From the human T2T-CHM13v2.0 reference genome, Homo sapiens, in NCBI RefSeq assembly GCF_009914755.1, contig NC_060936.1: a stretch of 64,000 nucleotides of DNA. One strand, given 5' to 3'. Below, piece by piece: positions 16,735 to 33,590 of the stretch (the first letter of the stretch is position 1; each line of letters opens with the position of its first letter). The notes below the pieces were generated by a model. The model was not told the DNA's origin. It worked only from the letters and a program-made list of their open reading frames with translations, and made no database searches. The position numbers were made by a program, and so were the translations under genes.

Positions 16735-17012
16735 ACTTAGATCTCAGAAAATATGAGGAGGCACCTAAAGGAAAATAAGCCCTCATGTCCCACTAGCAGA
16801 TAAATCTTAAATAGTTCTCCTTGACCTTATTCTTTGTTCTCTTTTTTAAGCATTAACTCCCCCTGCCCTGGATTGCTTTAGGTGATGGGAAGTTTTTCCA
16901 GACTAATGCCACCATGGGCCATCCCTGTTATGAAGTCCTTTAGCATTTACACTTAAAATATGAAACATATTACTGTACATCTGCTGAAATAATATTGCTA
17001 GATATGTGTATG
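16735..17012 (+). repeat. Copy A of a ~280-bp local dispersed duplication (copy B at 17596-17885)
   Basis: Co-linear similarity: acttagatctcagaaa...ggaaaataagcc...atgtcccacta...gccaccatgggccatcc...ttgctag. Confidence 0.9.
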
Positions 17013-17139
17013 TGCAGATAATTGTTTTGACTCATCAAGTAAAGGGTTGTTTCTTTTGCATCTTGCTTACTACTTATACAAATCATGAGAAGGCAACTAT
17101 TACCAAATAAATACTTGAGGTATTCTATTGAATTGGTTG

Positions 17140-17590
17140 TTTATTCATTCATCCAACCTATTCAGTGTTACTCACTGTGCTAGCTGCTGTATGTACACGG
17201 ATAAATCAGATGGTCTTATCTCCCAGCAGTTCATAGTCTAGAGGGAAAAAAGAAAAGAAAAACAAGAAAATAGACACACAGAATACAAAATCTGCAAGAA
17301 GCATGGAATTAAAAAGAAGAACCTGCTAAGTAAGTGTAAAATGAGGGTGGAAGAAGGAAAGAGTGGAAACAGGAGGACCAGTAGAACTTTAATGAGGCAA
17401 AAGACACGAGGGACAAAGTGCTCCAGGCAGAAGGCAAAGCAAAGAAGGAGGTACTGAGGTTGTGATGGAATGGTTGGGTAATGTGCATGTTTCCACAAAG
17501 CTATAGAGAAGAATCTTGAGAAATGGTGAGAGGTGAAGCTAAGAAGATGGCCAGAGCCAGATTATAAGGGACCTTGTATGGTATGTTGAT
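17140..17590 (-). mobile_element. L2 3' remnant
   Basis: ttcattcatcca...actgtgctag...ttcatagtctagaggg...ggccagagccagattataagggaccttgt. Confidence 0.65.
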
Positions 17591-17595
17591 CTCAT

Positions 17596-17885
17596 ACTTA
17601 GATCTCAGAAAGTATGAGGATGGACCTGAAGGAAAATAAGCCTTCATGTCCCACTAACAGATCAACCTTAAATATAGTTCTCTTTGACATTATTCTTTTC
17701 TTTGTTCTCTGTTTTAAGCATTAAATCCCCCTCTCCTGGATTGTTTTAGCTAATGTGAATGAAGCCTTTCCTGACTAAGGCCACCATGGGCCATCCGTCT
17801 GTTTTGAAGTGCTTTAGCACTTACATTTAAAATATGGAACACACTGCAGTATGTCTACTGTAACAGTGTTGCTAGTATGTGTGTA
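17596..17885 (+). repeat. Copy B of the ~280-bp local duplication
   Basis: About 80% similar by eye to 16735-17012, with small indels. Confidence 0.9.
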
Positions 17886-20842
17886 CCTGTACTTTGCCCT
17901 GCCCACTGCTGGTCTGAGACTAGTCATTTGACTTCTGACTAGGACCAGGCAAGTGACTTCAGGTTCTGTCTGCTCCTCAGGTATCTGTTTTCCAATACTT
18001 GAAATTTCTTTCATTCCAGGCTGTACCCTCAGTCTCACACTCCATGCCAAATACTACTGTCAGATTATCTATATTCTTGTATTTTTCTCTCTCACATCTC
18101 TGTTATTACATCTCCAGTGTTTGATTACCTATGAAATACAGCAGAAATCCTGCACAATATGACCTCAAAAGTATCTCCACTATCATTTCCCATTTCCCCC
18201 TAAACACACTGTTTATGAATGGGAGCTATGGTTTCTCAATTCCACGTCCTGGCTCAAGCAGTTCTTTCCGCAATGTCCTTTCCATTTTCTGTCTGCTCAA
18301 ACCTTCTCAGTCTTCTAGTCATGTCTCCCACATTACTTTGTCTTCTTAGAATCAACAGTGTATTTCATTTCTATTCTTTCAGCATTTATTGTTCTCTGCT
18401 CTGTCTTTGCATTTATTTATTTTATTCATCTGACAAAAATGACTGCTCCTTGATGGTCAGAACAAAGTCTTAGCCATGTTTTTTAATTTTCCCTAGTACA
18501 TTGCACCATTTCTTAAGCAGAGGTGCTAGGTTAACATCAAATTAGAACATACTAAATTTGTGACCATTATTAATGAAGCTTAGTTAATCTACTCTTTTCT
18601 TCATAAATGATCATAGTAGTTACTTTATCACCTCAAATTACTTTACTATGTTATTTACAAGGAAGGTAGAGGCTGATGTCTTATCTCTATTTTATAGAAG
18701 TAAACATTTGAGTAATAAGGAGTTAAAAAATTTACTTAAGAGATTCGGGACTGGCATCTAAGTTCCTGATACCAATTCAGTATTTGTTTAGACTACGCTA
18801 GATCTAAGATGCTTTCCCTTGAAGAGATTAAAAGGTAAGCTTTAAGAAAATATTAAGAATTGCTTTTACTACTATTTATCATCAATACTGGAGGAAAGAT
18901 AATGAAAAAGTTGTTAAATGTAAGTAAAAAAATAAGTTAGGTGGTTTCTAGTTTCATAACTCAGAGATATAAAGATTTCAATTAAAGGGATAGAAAGTGA
19001 AGACATAGTTTAGAGTGATCTAAGTTAATTTGAACTATTCTGGGTTTTAATATACTGAAAATAAATTTATTCAAAGCCATTTCACTACATGGCAAACCCA
19101 CCCATAGACCATTTGGAGGAAAATGTCAGATCAATATCCTAAGGCCGTAAGAACCTTTGTTGCAACCATTTGAGGGCAGATTCAGGTGTGAAGACAACCT
19201 CACCAATATATAAAAGGCTATAAACTGTATTTAAGAAACATACCACCCATTCACAAATAAAGCATAAAGATTTGAGGAATACTAGTCATCCAAATTTTAA
19301 AACTTGCATAAAATTTGCATCCAGCTTTAAGTTAAACCAATAACAGCTTAGGAAAATGGCTAAGGCAAAAAGACTATAGTGAAATTAAAACGTTTTGAAA
19401 AACAATCTTCTGTCTATAACTCATCAATTGTTGGCAAATTGACCTTTTGGAAACTAATTTTCAGTAAATTGTCCTGTTTCCAGTTTGGAAAAATGTCTGG
19501 CCTCAGTTACTTACACACACTTCTTCTATTAAGGTTCTAGGTTTGTGTATAGATACTGCAGCTGATCTCCAATCCAAGGCCATAGTGTGAACCTTGACTC
19601 TATTACAACTAGTACTGCTTTTCTTACTTATGTCCTTCTTTAAGATTTTAAGTTCTATGATGATCAAGACCATACACCATATCTTATGATTCTATGTGCC
19701 AATATCTTGCACACTGTTTTATATTTGGTAGCTAGCACTGTTAGCTATTGAGTGAGAGCAGGGCATTAACCTAATTATCTCACTTTTGACAGGGCAATTA
19801 GGGGAACTCTCAAAAGATATTTCCTCCTTATCGTGGTTCAATAGTTTCATCTTTATATACAAAAGATATGGTAATTTTGCAACTAAATTGAGCTTATTCT
19901 TGAGCTGAATAGAGTTTAGCTGCCCTATTATAATCTCATTCAACTTGACTAAATACTTTTCTTGATTGGCAATTGGAAAAGGAACCCTATATTATCCTTC
20001 TAAATCCTACCAATTATTGAATAATGTTTATCTAAAAAACCTTGAATTACAAGATATTTCTGTCATTATTAATGATTACTTTCAGTCGGAATTTGAATTA
20101 CTTTAATCACTTGTTCTTTCTGTTTTGTAATGAAGCAAAGCCCAACAAAAAAGCAAAGCTTCTCAAGCTATAAGCCAGGGCTCCTGGCTATTTTATTATT
20201 TTAGAAATGCCTCTCTCCAGATATATTGACCCTGAGACAGCCTGCTTTATCTCTGATCTACAGGGAGGAAGGCCATACCGTATCATATCTGGTATCCGAG
20301 ATTTCTCTCCTACATTTCAGAGGTCCTGAACTCTTCTGCAATTACCTCCTAGAGTCTCCTTGATTCTCAGCCCTGAAAGTCTCTAGTTTGATCTAGCCTG
20401 TGTTGTGTCTTTTTCTGAACTATTTATTAGCTTGTTGTTAATGCTTCTCATGAAATCTGATTAATGCCCATTATTCTAAGCTGTATTTTGCTTACATGCT
20501 ATCATATATTATCATAGTATTTTCTATATTATATTTTAGCTATACCCACACCTGACTTTCCCATTTGATTCTGAACATTCTTTTTGCCCTTTGTCCTCAA
20601 ATAGACAGTTGTCCTTGATAATATATTCTTTCACACTAGGAAGATTCCCCTTTTATAGATGTGAAATGATTAGGTGTCCAAATCCCCTAAAATGTAATCT
20701 ACTCAAATCCTAAAACTACCAGAACTTGAACTCCATAACAGCAAGGAGCTTCCTTGTCACGTCCATCATTAAATCCTAGTTCACAGAACATGCCTGGCAA
20801 TAATCACTACTAGTCTCAATAATGCTTGTGGCACAAAAGAAT

Positions 20843-21176
20843 ACAATTAGTCCTTTGTATCTACGGGTTCTGCATCCATGTATCAACCAACCATAGATCG
20901 CAAATATTCCAAAAAGTTGCACTTGTCCTGAACAGGTACAGACTTTCTTCTTGTTGTTATTTTCTGAACAGTAAATTGTAATAACTACTTACACAGCATT
21001 TGCATTGTATTAGATATTATAAATAATCTAGAGATGATTTGGATTATACAAGAGAATGTGCATAGGTTGTATGCAAATGCTAGGCCATTTTACATCAGGA
21101 ACTTGAGCATCCTCAGGTTTTGGTATCTGAGGAGGGAACTGAAAGCAATCCCCCCCGGATACTGAAAGATAACTGC
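20843..21176 (-). mobile_element. MER2 (Tigger family) DNA transposon
   Basis: ggttctgcatccatg...aataatctagagatgattt...tatgcaaat...cttgagcatcc...ttttggtatc...aatcccccccggatactga. Confidence 0.85.
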
Positions 21177-22540
21177 ACTTTGTTAATATGCGACATTATG
21201 AAAGGAACAGTGTTCAGTTGGTCTTTTTAGATATTTATAAATCATAAGGACTGCAACATTATTTTCAAGACTTAGAGACAGAACAGCATTTTTATGTAAC
21301 AGTGATTCTTAAAATTTTCATCACTGATATATTTCGTTCATGGTGGTTTCACAGGAAACATTTATATCTGAATATGCAAATAATTGTCAGTTTTTAAGTT
21401 TTACAGTTTCTGGGCTTTCTGCTTTCAAAGTGACTGCCACTCCCACATAGAAACTCAAGCAACTGCTATTAACTTGGGTAGGGTAGCGTATTCTAGGCTG
21501 GCTTCAAGTTAGGCATCCTTTAGGATGACTTCAAGAGTCAGGCCATGCCACCCCCTAGAAGTTTCCTGTGTGTTCTGAGTGGTCCAAACTGTTCCCTGAC
21601 ATGGAATGTCCTGAGACCCTGATCTATCTGAGGCTCAGGAGCACTGTGGAAAATAATTTAAACCTGTCCAGCAACTTAGGTTTGCATGTGTGCTGATTCT
21701 GTGGGACTAGGATTCCCTAAAAGAGACCAGATTGGAGGAAGAAACAGTGGAATATTGAAAGAAAAACTGCCCGAGAGGAGGCAAAGCCTGGCCAAGTGGG
21801 CAGAGTGAGCATAAAAGGAAGCCAGCCTTCCAGGGACTGAGTCTGACCACTGGGTCCAAGCCTGGGTTCGAGCCTGAGTTTGAGCCTGGGTGGAGGGGAG
21901 CAGAGGTCCAGAGGGCTATTAGGGGTCTAGAGATCCAGACAGTGAGGATGGCAGCAGATCAATGGTGCTCACTGCAAAAAAAAAAAAAGTGGGGGAGGGA
22001 GGTGGAGGGGCTCTTGGAACAGCAGACACAAGAGCAGAGAGCATAAACTGGAGAGGCAACTGCTCCAATTACAAAGGAGACCCTCCTGGCCTTTTCGCTG
22101 GTGAAAGCTCAATGAGGTGAGAACGACTAGCTTTCCAACCAAACAATGCTCAAAGGACAGATTCCCACCCCCACCTCCAGTTAGAGGAAATATAGATTGT
22201 ATGAGTAAGAAGCCTCAAGCTGAAAGGAAAAAAACGAAACTTTAAAAAAATTCAAGTCATGTCACTAATTCAGCTCCTAGCAGCCTTTTCAATGAAAGTG
22301 TAGACTCATGGAAAAAGAAAAACAACATGTATTTGAAAATTTGTTTTGTCCTTACAAGAGATGGTGGAGAGATGCAGATATTCTAGCCACAATTGGAAAT
22401 AGAAGTATAGTGCCCCTGAAGCCATGCCAGCAAGGTGTGCTTACCCTCAGTGCGGGGTGTGGTGGGAGAAGGACATTCAATATTTCAGGGGTATTCAGCA
22501 TGAGTGTTTCAAAGAAATACCACTGACAGGAGTTACTTAC

Positions 22541-22644
22541 CAACTTGCTAGTACCTTGACAAGAAGTGGTGTATTCCAGTTCCGAGATTGCAGAGATGTC
22601 TGGGTCCAGAAGGCATGAGGTCTGGAGCAACAAGCCCACTGGAC
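22541..22644 (-). ncRNA. Candidate internal exon (104 nt), minus strand
   Basis: Acceptor ttgctattatttcag|G and donor TTG|gtaagt; no recognisable protein in any frame. Confidence 0.4.
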
Positions 22645-22659
22645 CTGAAATAATAGCAA

Positions 22660-22935
22660 CCACTTACTACTTGCTGGGTACGTTCTATGTTCTTTGCATC
22701 TACTGTATTCACTTATTAATTTAATCCTCAAAACAACTCTATGAGATATCATATATATATATATATATATATTCAATATCTATGATATACGGATTGTTAT
22801 TAAACCCAATTTTATAAAGGAGGGAATTGAGGTACAAAAAGGCTGAGTAATTTCCTCAAAGTCACACAGTTGGTGAGTAGCAGAGTTGAAATTCAAACCC
22901 AGATTGTCAGGCTGCACAGTCTGTACTCCTAACCC
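22660..22935 (-). mobile_element. MIR with an internal (TA)n at ~22750-22772
   Basis: atttaatcctcaaaacaactctatgag...gaggtacaaaaaggctgagtaa...gtcacacag...attcaaacccag. Confidence 0.85.
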
Positions 22936-23218
22936 TAGTGTCTTCGTGCCTATGTGATGACACTTCTTTAGCACTTACACTGCACCAGGTTCCCTTCCAA
23001 GCACTAGGTTAACCCATTTGCGGTACGAAGTGAAGATAAGGATAGTGGAAGTTAAAATTTACCTAGGGCTTCTTCTATTCCGAAGTAATTTTTAAAAAGA
23101 AAATAACTGAGATTCTCTAATCTCCACTACTGAAGAATATAACTTGATAAGGAAATGAACTAATATAAAGAAAGAATGGATGCAATAAAAATCCCAATTT
23201 TTAAAATCATGGGATTCT

Positions 23219-23421
23219 TTTTTTCTCCTTTAATTGTTATTTTTTGTTCAGGGGTACATGTGCAGGCTTATTATATAGGTGAACACATGTCATGGGGGTT
23301 TGGTGTACAGATTATTTCATCACCCAGGTACTAAGCATAGAATCCAATAGGTATTTTTTCTGATCCTCTGCCTTTCACCCTCCACCCTCAAGTAGGCCCC
23401 AGTGTCTGTTGTTTCCCTCTG
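23219..23421 (-). mobile_element. Old L1PA (PA15/16-like) 3' end with TSD
   Basis: ggggtacatgtgcagg...tcacccaggtactaagcatag; TSD aaaatca(tg/ca)ggattct at 23203-23218 and 23422-23437. Confidence 0.88.
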
Positions 23422-23459
23422 AAAATCACAGGATTCTAATGTTAAATAAACAGTAAGTA

Positions 23460-23830
23460 GATTCGCATCATTAAATCATAGAATACTACAGAATAAAAGT
23501 GAATGGAAAAGAAAGAGCTAAATGTATCAACCTTAGCAGATCCTCAAAAAAGTAAAAATGTTGAGTGAAAAAAAATCAAGTTGCAAAATACTACGTGCAG
23601 TGTGATACCATTTATATAAAGTTTTAAGATATGCAAAATAATTCTATACATTTTCTTAGTAGGGAAAGATATGTAGTAACATCCTAAAGACATGAATGAG
23701 AATGATAACCACCCAATTCCAAATGCTGGCTACCTCTGCACAGGAGGAAGGATATATGAATGCGGAGAATATCTAAGGGAATCAATCTGTTTTTCATATT
23801 TTATTTATTAGGTTGTGTGATAGTACATTA
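23460..23830 (+). mobile_element. Old L1M (MD/ME) 3'UTR fragment
   Basis: aatgttgagtgaaaaaaaatcaagttgcaaaa...tgataccatttatataaagttt. Confidence 0.6.
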
Positions 23831-23906
23831 CTGTTCTCTCTCCACAAACCTGAAAACTTCTAAAATGAAGAAATCATTAAGTAGTTTCAGACTAGATGGT
23901 AATGCC

Positions 23907-23957
<51 letters not shown>

Positions 23958-23970
23958 TAGATAGATAGAT
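23907..23970. repeat. (GATA)n tetranucleotide microsatellite
   Basis: About 15 GATA units with one TA interruption. Confidence 0.97.
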
Positions 23971-24109
23971 AATCACACACATATACACATTTCCATTCAG
24001 ATAAATAATCTATGTCTCTCTTCTCATGTCTGTCTTTTAGGAATACTTTTCTCCACTAGATCAAAAGGAAATCTCTTGAAAAGAAAGCTGTAGCTGTACA
24101 TAATACATA

Positions 24110-24540
24110 TACTGGGTATCTTCCATTCTACTTGCCATACTCTGCACCCTGCTCTGTGCCTTGGGAGGCTAACCTGAATCAACTGCATCAACAGGACTTT
24201 CACACCTTCTGGGCCCTGGTTGGATTCAGCCAATGGTAAGCTCCCATGAAATCAGAGGAAAAGAGGAGAGGGAGGTTATGGTATTTATTCCCTTGTCTTC
24301 CTTCTGGTAGGCTGTCTTGACTTGGCAGACTCCTTCACCAAAAAAAAATTGCTCTTTTCAAAACAATTCAACATAAATCTTTCTATATTCTGGTTTCTTC
24401 TAGTTCCAGTAACTACTCTCTGCCTCAGTTCTTTGTGCTTATGAGTGGTAAACTATTGAGTTGCTATTATTAGCTCCTGGTTCCTGCACTATCCCTTGCA
24501 AATAATCTATTTAAAAATAAACTCTTCTTGAGTTGCCCCT
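24110..24540 (+). mobile_element. LTR33-like ERVL solo LTR
   Basis: caccctgctctgtgccttgggaggctaacc...actgcatcaac...cagccaatgg...ggtatttattccc. Confidence 0.7.
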
Positions 24541-25094
24541 CATATGTCACTAGTTTTATTCTCTTATCTTCAGATATTTTATGCCTTAACTAGCCTTTCA
24601 TTCCCTAAAAACTGAAAATATATGCATCTTTATATATCCATTTATGTATGTATGTATTTTTTCTTTTATAGTGTTAAAACAAACTGGGATCCAGAGACAT
24701 GAAGGGCCTTGCATACAGTAAGCATTCACTAATATAAAGGCACTTCCTGATGATTGTCCAAGTCCCTGGCTAATTGTTCATGTCTGCCCTCTGTCAGGAC
24801 TGCCTGGCACTGCCTGAACTGGTCTCCTCCTTTGACATCTGCGAGCCCCACTTGGCCCAGGTACCCCTGCCTTGGGACCGTAACCCATTCACTTATTGAA
24901 TTGCCAGCATGGTACATTTCCCACCTTGGCCCTGGTGCAGGCTGGCCCACTCCATGACCTCCACCACGTGGACAAAAACCCTCAGAAGGTGCAGGAATGT
25001 AGGGGTGGGCTTCATTAGGCCCCAGGCACCTGTGGGGAGAGGCCACTGGCTACTGCTGGAAGGAACGTAGGGAATCATCTACAGTCCAACTCAT

Positions 25095-29870
<4,776 letters not shown>

Positions 29871-29967
29871 GACTGTGTTCAATATGAAAGGAAAGCATGT
29901 TTACGATATGATAAATAATCACCTGAAGGTAAGAAACTCACTAGTAATAGTAAGTATACAGAAACAC

Positions 29968-30716
29968 ACCGGTTTGTTTCTGGGTTCTCTATTCTGTTCC
30001 ATTGGTCCATGTGTCTGTTTTTATTCCAGTAGCAGGCTATTTTGGATACTAATACTTCTGTAGTATAATGAGAAGTCAGGTAATGTGATTCTTCCAATTT
30101 TATTCTTTTTGCTTAGGATAGCTTTGGCTATTCTGGGTCTTTTGTGGTTCCATATGGATTTTGGAATTCTTTTTGTATTTCTGTGAAAAATTGTGTTGGT
30201 ATTTTGATAGGGATTGCATTGAATCTATGGATTGCTTTGGGTACTTTAAACATTTTAGCAATATTGATTCTTCCAATCCATGAATATGAAATATCTTTTC
30301 ATTTTTTGGTGAAGTCTTCGATTTCTTTCATCAGTGTTTGATAGTTTTCATTAAAGAGATCTTTCACTTCTTGGTTAAGTTAATTTCAAGGTATTTAATT
30401 TCTTGGTTGGCTATTGTAAATGGGATTACTTTTTTATTTTTTTTCCACATTGTTCACTACTGGCATACAGAAAGAAATGCAACTGATTCTTGTACATTGA
30501 TTTCATATCCTGCAACTTTACTGAATTTATCAGTTTTAATATATTTTTTGGTGGATTCTTTAGGTTTTTCCTAATATAAGATCATATCATCTGCAAATAA
30601 GGATAATCTGACTTCTTCTTTTTCAATTTGAATGTGCTTTATATCTTTCTTTTGTCTGATTGCTCTAGCTAGGACTTCCAGTACTATGCTGAATAATAGT
30701 GGTGACAGTGGGCATA
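29968..30716 (-). mobile_element. Second L1 (PB/MA type) ORF2 fragment
   Basis: ctctattctgttccattggtc...gaagtcaggtaatgtgat...aggacttccagtactatg...gtgggcat; repeats a part of ORF2 already present at 26390-27030. Confidence 0.85.
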
Positions 30717-32686
30717 CCTTCAAGGAGACTTATTTACTATCATGAGAACAATATGGGAAAAACCTGCCCCCATGATTCAATTACCTCCCACTGGGTCCCT
30801 CCCACAACACGTGGGGATTCTCACAATTCAAGGTAATATTTGGGTGGGAACACAGAGCCAAATCATATCTCTCTGCCCCTAGTCCCTCCCAAATCTCATG
30901 CCCTCACATTTCAAAACCAATCATGCCTTCCCAACAGTCCCCCAAAGTGTTAACTCATTTCAGCATTAACTCAAAAGTCCACAGTCCAAAGTATCATCAG
31001 AGACAAGGCAAGTCCCTTCTACCTTTACCTACTATAAAATCAAAAGCAAGTTAGTTACTTCCTAGATAAAATGGGGGTACAAGCATTGGGTAAATACACC
31101 TGTTCCAAATGAGAGAAATTAGTCAAAATGAAGGGACTACAGGCCCCACGCAAGTCTGAAATCCAGCGAGGCACCCAAATCTTAAACTCCAAAATGATCT
31201 CCTTTGACTCCATGTCTCATATCCAGGTCACACTGATGTAAGAGTTGGGTTCCCATGGTCTTGGGTAGCTCCATTCCTGTGGCTTTTCAGTGTACAACCT
31301 CCCTCCTGGCTGCTTTCATGGGTTGGCATTGAGTATCTGTGGCTTTTCCAGGTGCATGATGCAAGCTGTTAGTGGATCTACAATTCTTAGGTCTGTACGA
31401 TAGTAGTCCTCTTCTCACAACTCCACTAGGCAGTGCCTCAGTTGGGAGTCTATGTGGGGGTTCCAACCTTACATTTCCCTTCTGCACTGCCCTAGCAGAG
31501 GTTCTCAATGAGAACCCCACTCCTGCAGCAAACTTCTGCCTGGACATCCAGGAGTTTCCATACATCTTCTGAAATCTAGGCAGAGGTTCCCAAACTTCTA
31601 TTCTTGACTTCTGTGCACCCACAGGATCAACACCATGTGGAAGCTACCAAGGCTGAGGACTTGCACCCTCTGAAGCCACAGTCTGAGCCATACCTTGACC
31701 CCTTTTAGCCACAGTTGAAATGGGATGCAGGGAACCAAGTCCTTAGGCTGCACCAACCAGAGGGACCCCAGGCCTGGCCCGCTAAACCATTTTTTCCTCC
31801 TAGGCCTCTGGGCCTGCAATGGGAGGGGCTGCTGCAAAGATCTCTGACATGCTTTGAAGACATTTTCTTGTCTTGGAAATTAACACTTTGTTCCTCATTA
31901 CTTATGCTAATTTCTGCAGCCGGCTTGATTTTTTTTCTCAGAAAAATGGGTTTTTCTTTTCTATCACATCATCAGGCTGCAAATTTTCCAAACTTTTGGA
32001 AAAAGTCCACAAGTCACCTCTTGAATGCTTTGCTGCTTAGAAATTTCTTCCACCAGATACCCTAAATCATCTCTCTCAATTTCAAAGTTCCACAGATCTC
32101 TAGGGCAGGGGCAAAATGCCACCAGTCTCTTTGCTAAAGCCATAACAAGAGTCACCTTTGCTCCAGTTCCCAACACGTTCATCATCTCCATCTGAGACTG
32201 CCTCGAACTGAAGTTCATTGTCCGTATCACTATCAGCATTTTGGTCAAAAACATTCAACAAGTCTCTAGGAAGTTTCAAACTTTTTTCACATCTTTCTGT
32301 CTTCTGAGCTCTCCAAGTATCTAAGAAGTTCCAACCTTTCCCACATTTTCCTATCATCTTCTGAGCCCTCCAAACTGTTCCAACCCCTGCCTATTACCCA
32401 GTTCCAAAGCCAATTCCACATTTTTGGGTATCTCTACAGCAGCATCCCATTCTACTGGTACCAATTTACTGTACTAGTCCATTCTTATGCTGCTAACAAA
32501 GACATACCCCAAACTTGGTAATTTATAAAGGAAAGAGGTTTAATGGACTCACTATCATGAGAACAGCATGGGAAAAACCTGCCCCCATGATTCAATTACT
32601 GCCCACCGAGTCCCTCCCATGACACATGGGGATTATTACAATTCAAGGTGAGATTTGAGTGGGGACACAGAGCCAAATCATATCAA
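30717..32686 (-). mobile_element. THE1-type MaLR provirus (partial LTR ~30717-30870, internal ~30871-32469, LTR ~32470-32686)
   Basis: Repeated LTR segment tatcatgagaaca...cccccatgattcaatta...cacagagccaaatcatatc at both ends, around a typical MaLR internal sequence. Confidence 0.92.
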
Positions 32687-32964
32687 GCGTATACCACCAA
32701 AGGATTAATATGCCATTATATAAAAAAACTAAGAAACCCTCAGTGTTTTGATATAGAAGATCTCCAAGATATATCATGATGTGTAAAAACCAAGGGGCAG
32801 ATTTTCCATTTGCTATGTAAGAAGCTGGAAGTCAGCCCTCTGTCCTAACAACTAAAAAGCTAAACAAACTAAAATATCACAAACCTTCACAGATTCATCA
32901 GAGACGTGGGAGTCATAGGGCAAACAGCTGCCCTCAAAATTGGAGAGACTGACAGTTGAACACA

Positions 32965-33282
32965 CAGCTGGAGGCCATTATTCTAAGTGAAGGAACTCAG
33001 GAAGGGAAAACCAAATACTGTATGTTCTCACTGACAAGTGGGAACTAAGCTATAAGTATTCAAAGGCATAGAGTGGCATAATGGACACTGGAGACTCAGA
33101 AGAGGAGAAGGTGGGAGGGGAGTGACAGACAAACAACTACATATTGGGTAAAATGTACACTACTCAGGTGATGGGTGCAGTAAAATCTCAGACTTCACCA
33201 TTACACAATGCACCCATGTAACCAGAAATCACTTGTACCCCGGAAGCTATTGAAATAAAATATATATATATAAAAAATTAAA
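32965..33282 (+). mobile_element. L1PB-type 3' end with (TA)n tail
   Basis: ctggaggccattattctaagtgaa...atctcagacttcacca...ctattgaaataaaa. Confidence 0.85.
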
Positions 33283-33590
33283 GGACTGGAGTGAACTAGC
33301 TTAGGTCCTTTTGGCTCTTCTACTCTTCTGCCATTTGAGGACATAGCATTTTTCCCCCTTCTGCCCTTCCATTGCTTCTTCTATGTGAGGACAAAATGTT
33401 CCTCTCCTCCAGAGGAGCAGCAACATGGTGCCATCTGGAAGCAGAGAGAAGTCTTCACCAGACACCAATATTGTTAGCACCTTAATCTTGGACTTCCTAG
33501 CTAGCAGAACCATGAGGAATAAATTTTTATTATTTATAAATTACCCAGTGTGTGATTATTTTGTTACAGTAACACAAATGGACTAAGACA
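33283..33590 (+). mobile_element. MaLR LTR 3' part (MST/MLT1A type)
   Basis: gccatctggaagcagaga...atcttggacttcctagc...aataaattt...aaattacccag...tggactaagaca. Confidence 0.85.

Noticed and set aside
22308-22776. Four overlapping ORFs as a coding exon
   Set aside because: No recognisable protein in any frame; only the splice signals are kept, as a non-coding exon candidate
31287-32357. Cluster of 66-116 aa ORFs
   Set aside because: Decayed MaLR/THE1 internal sequence
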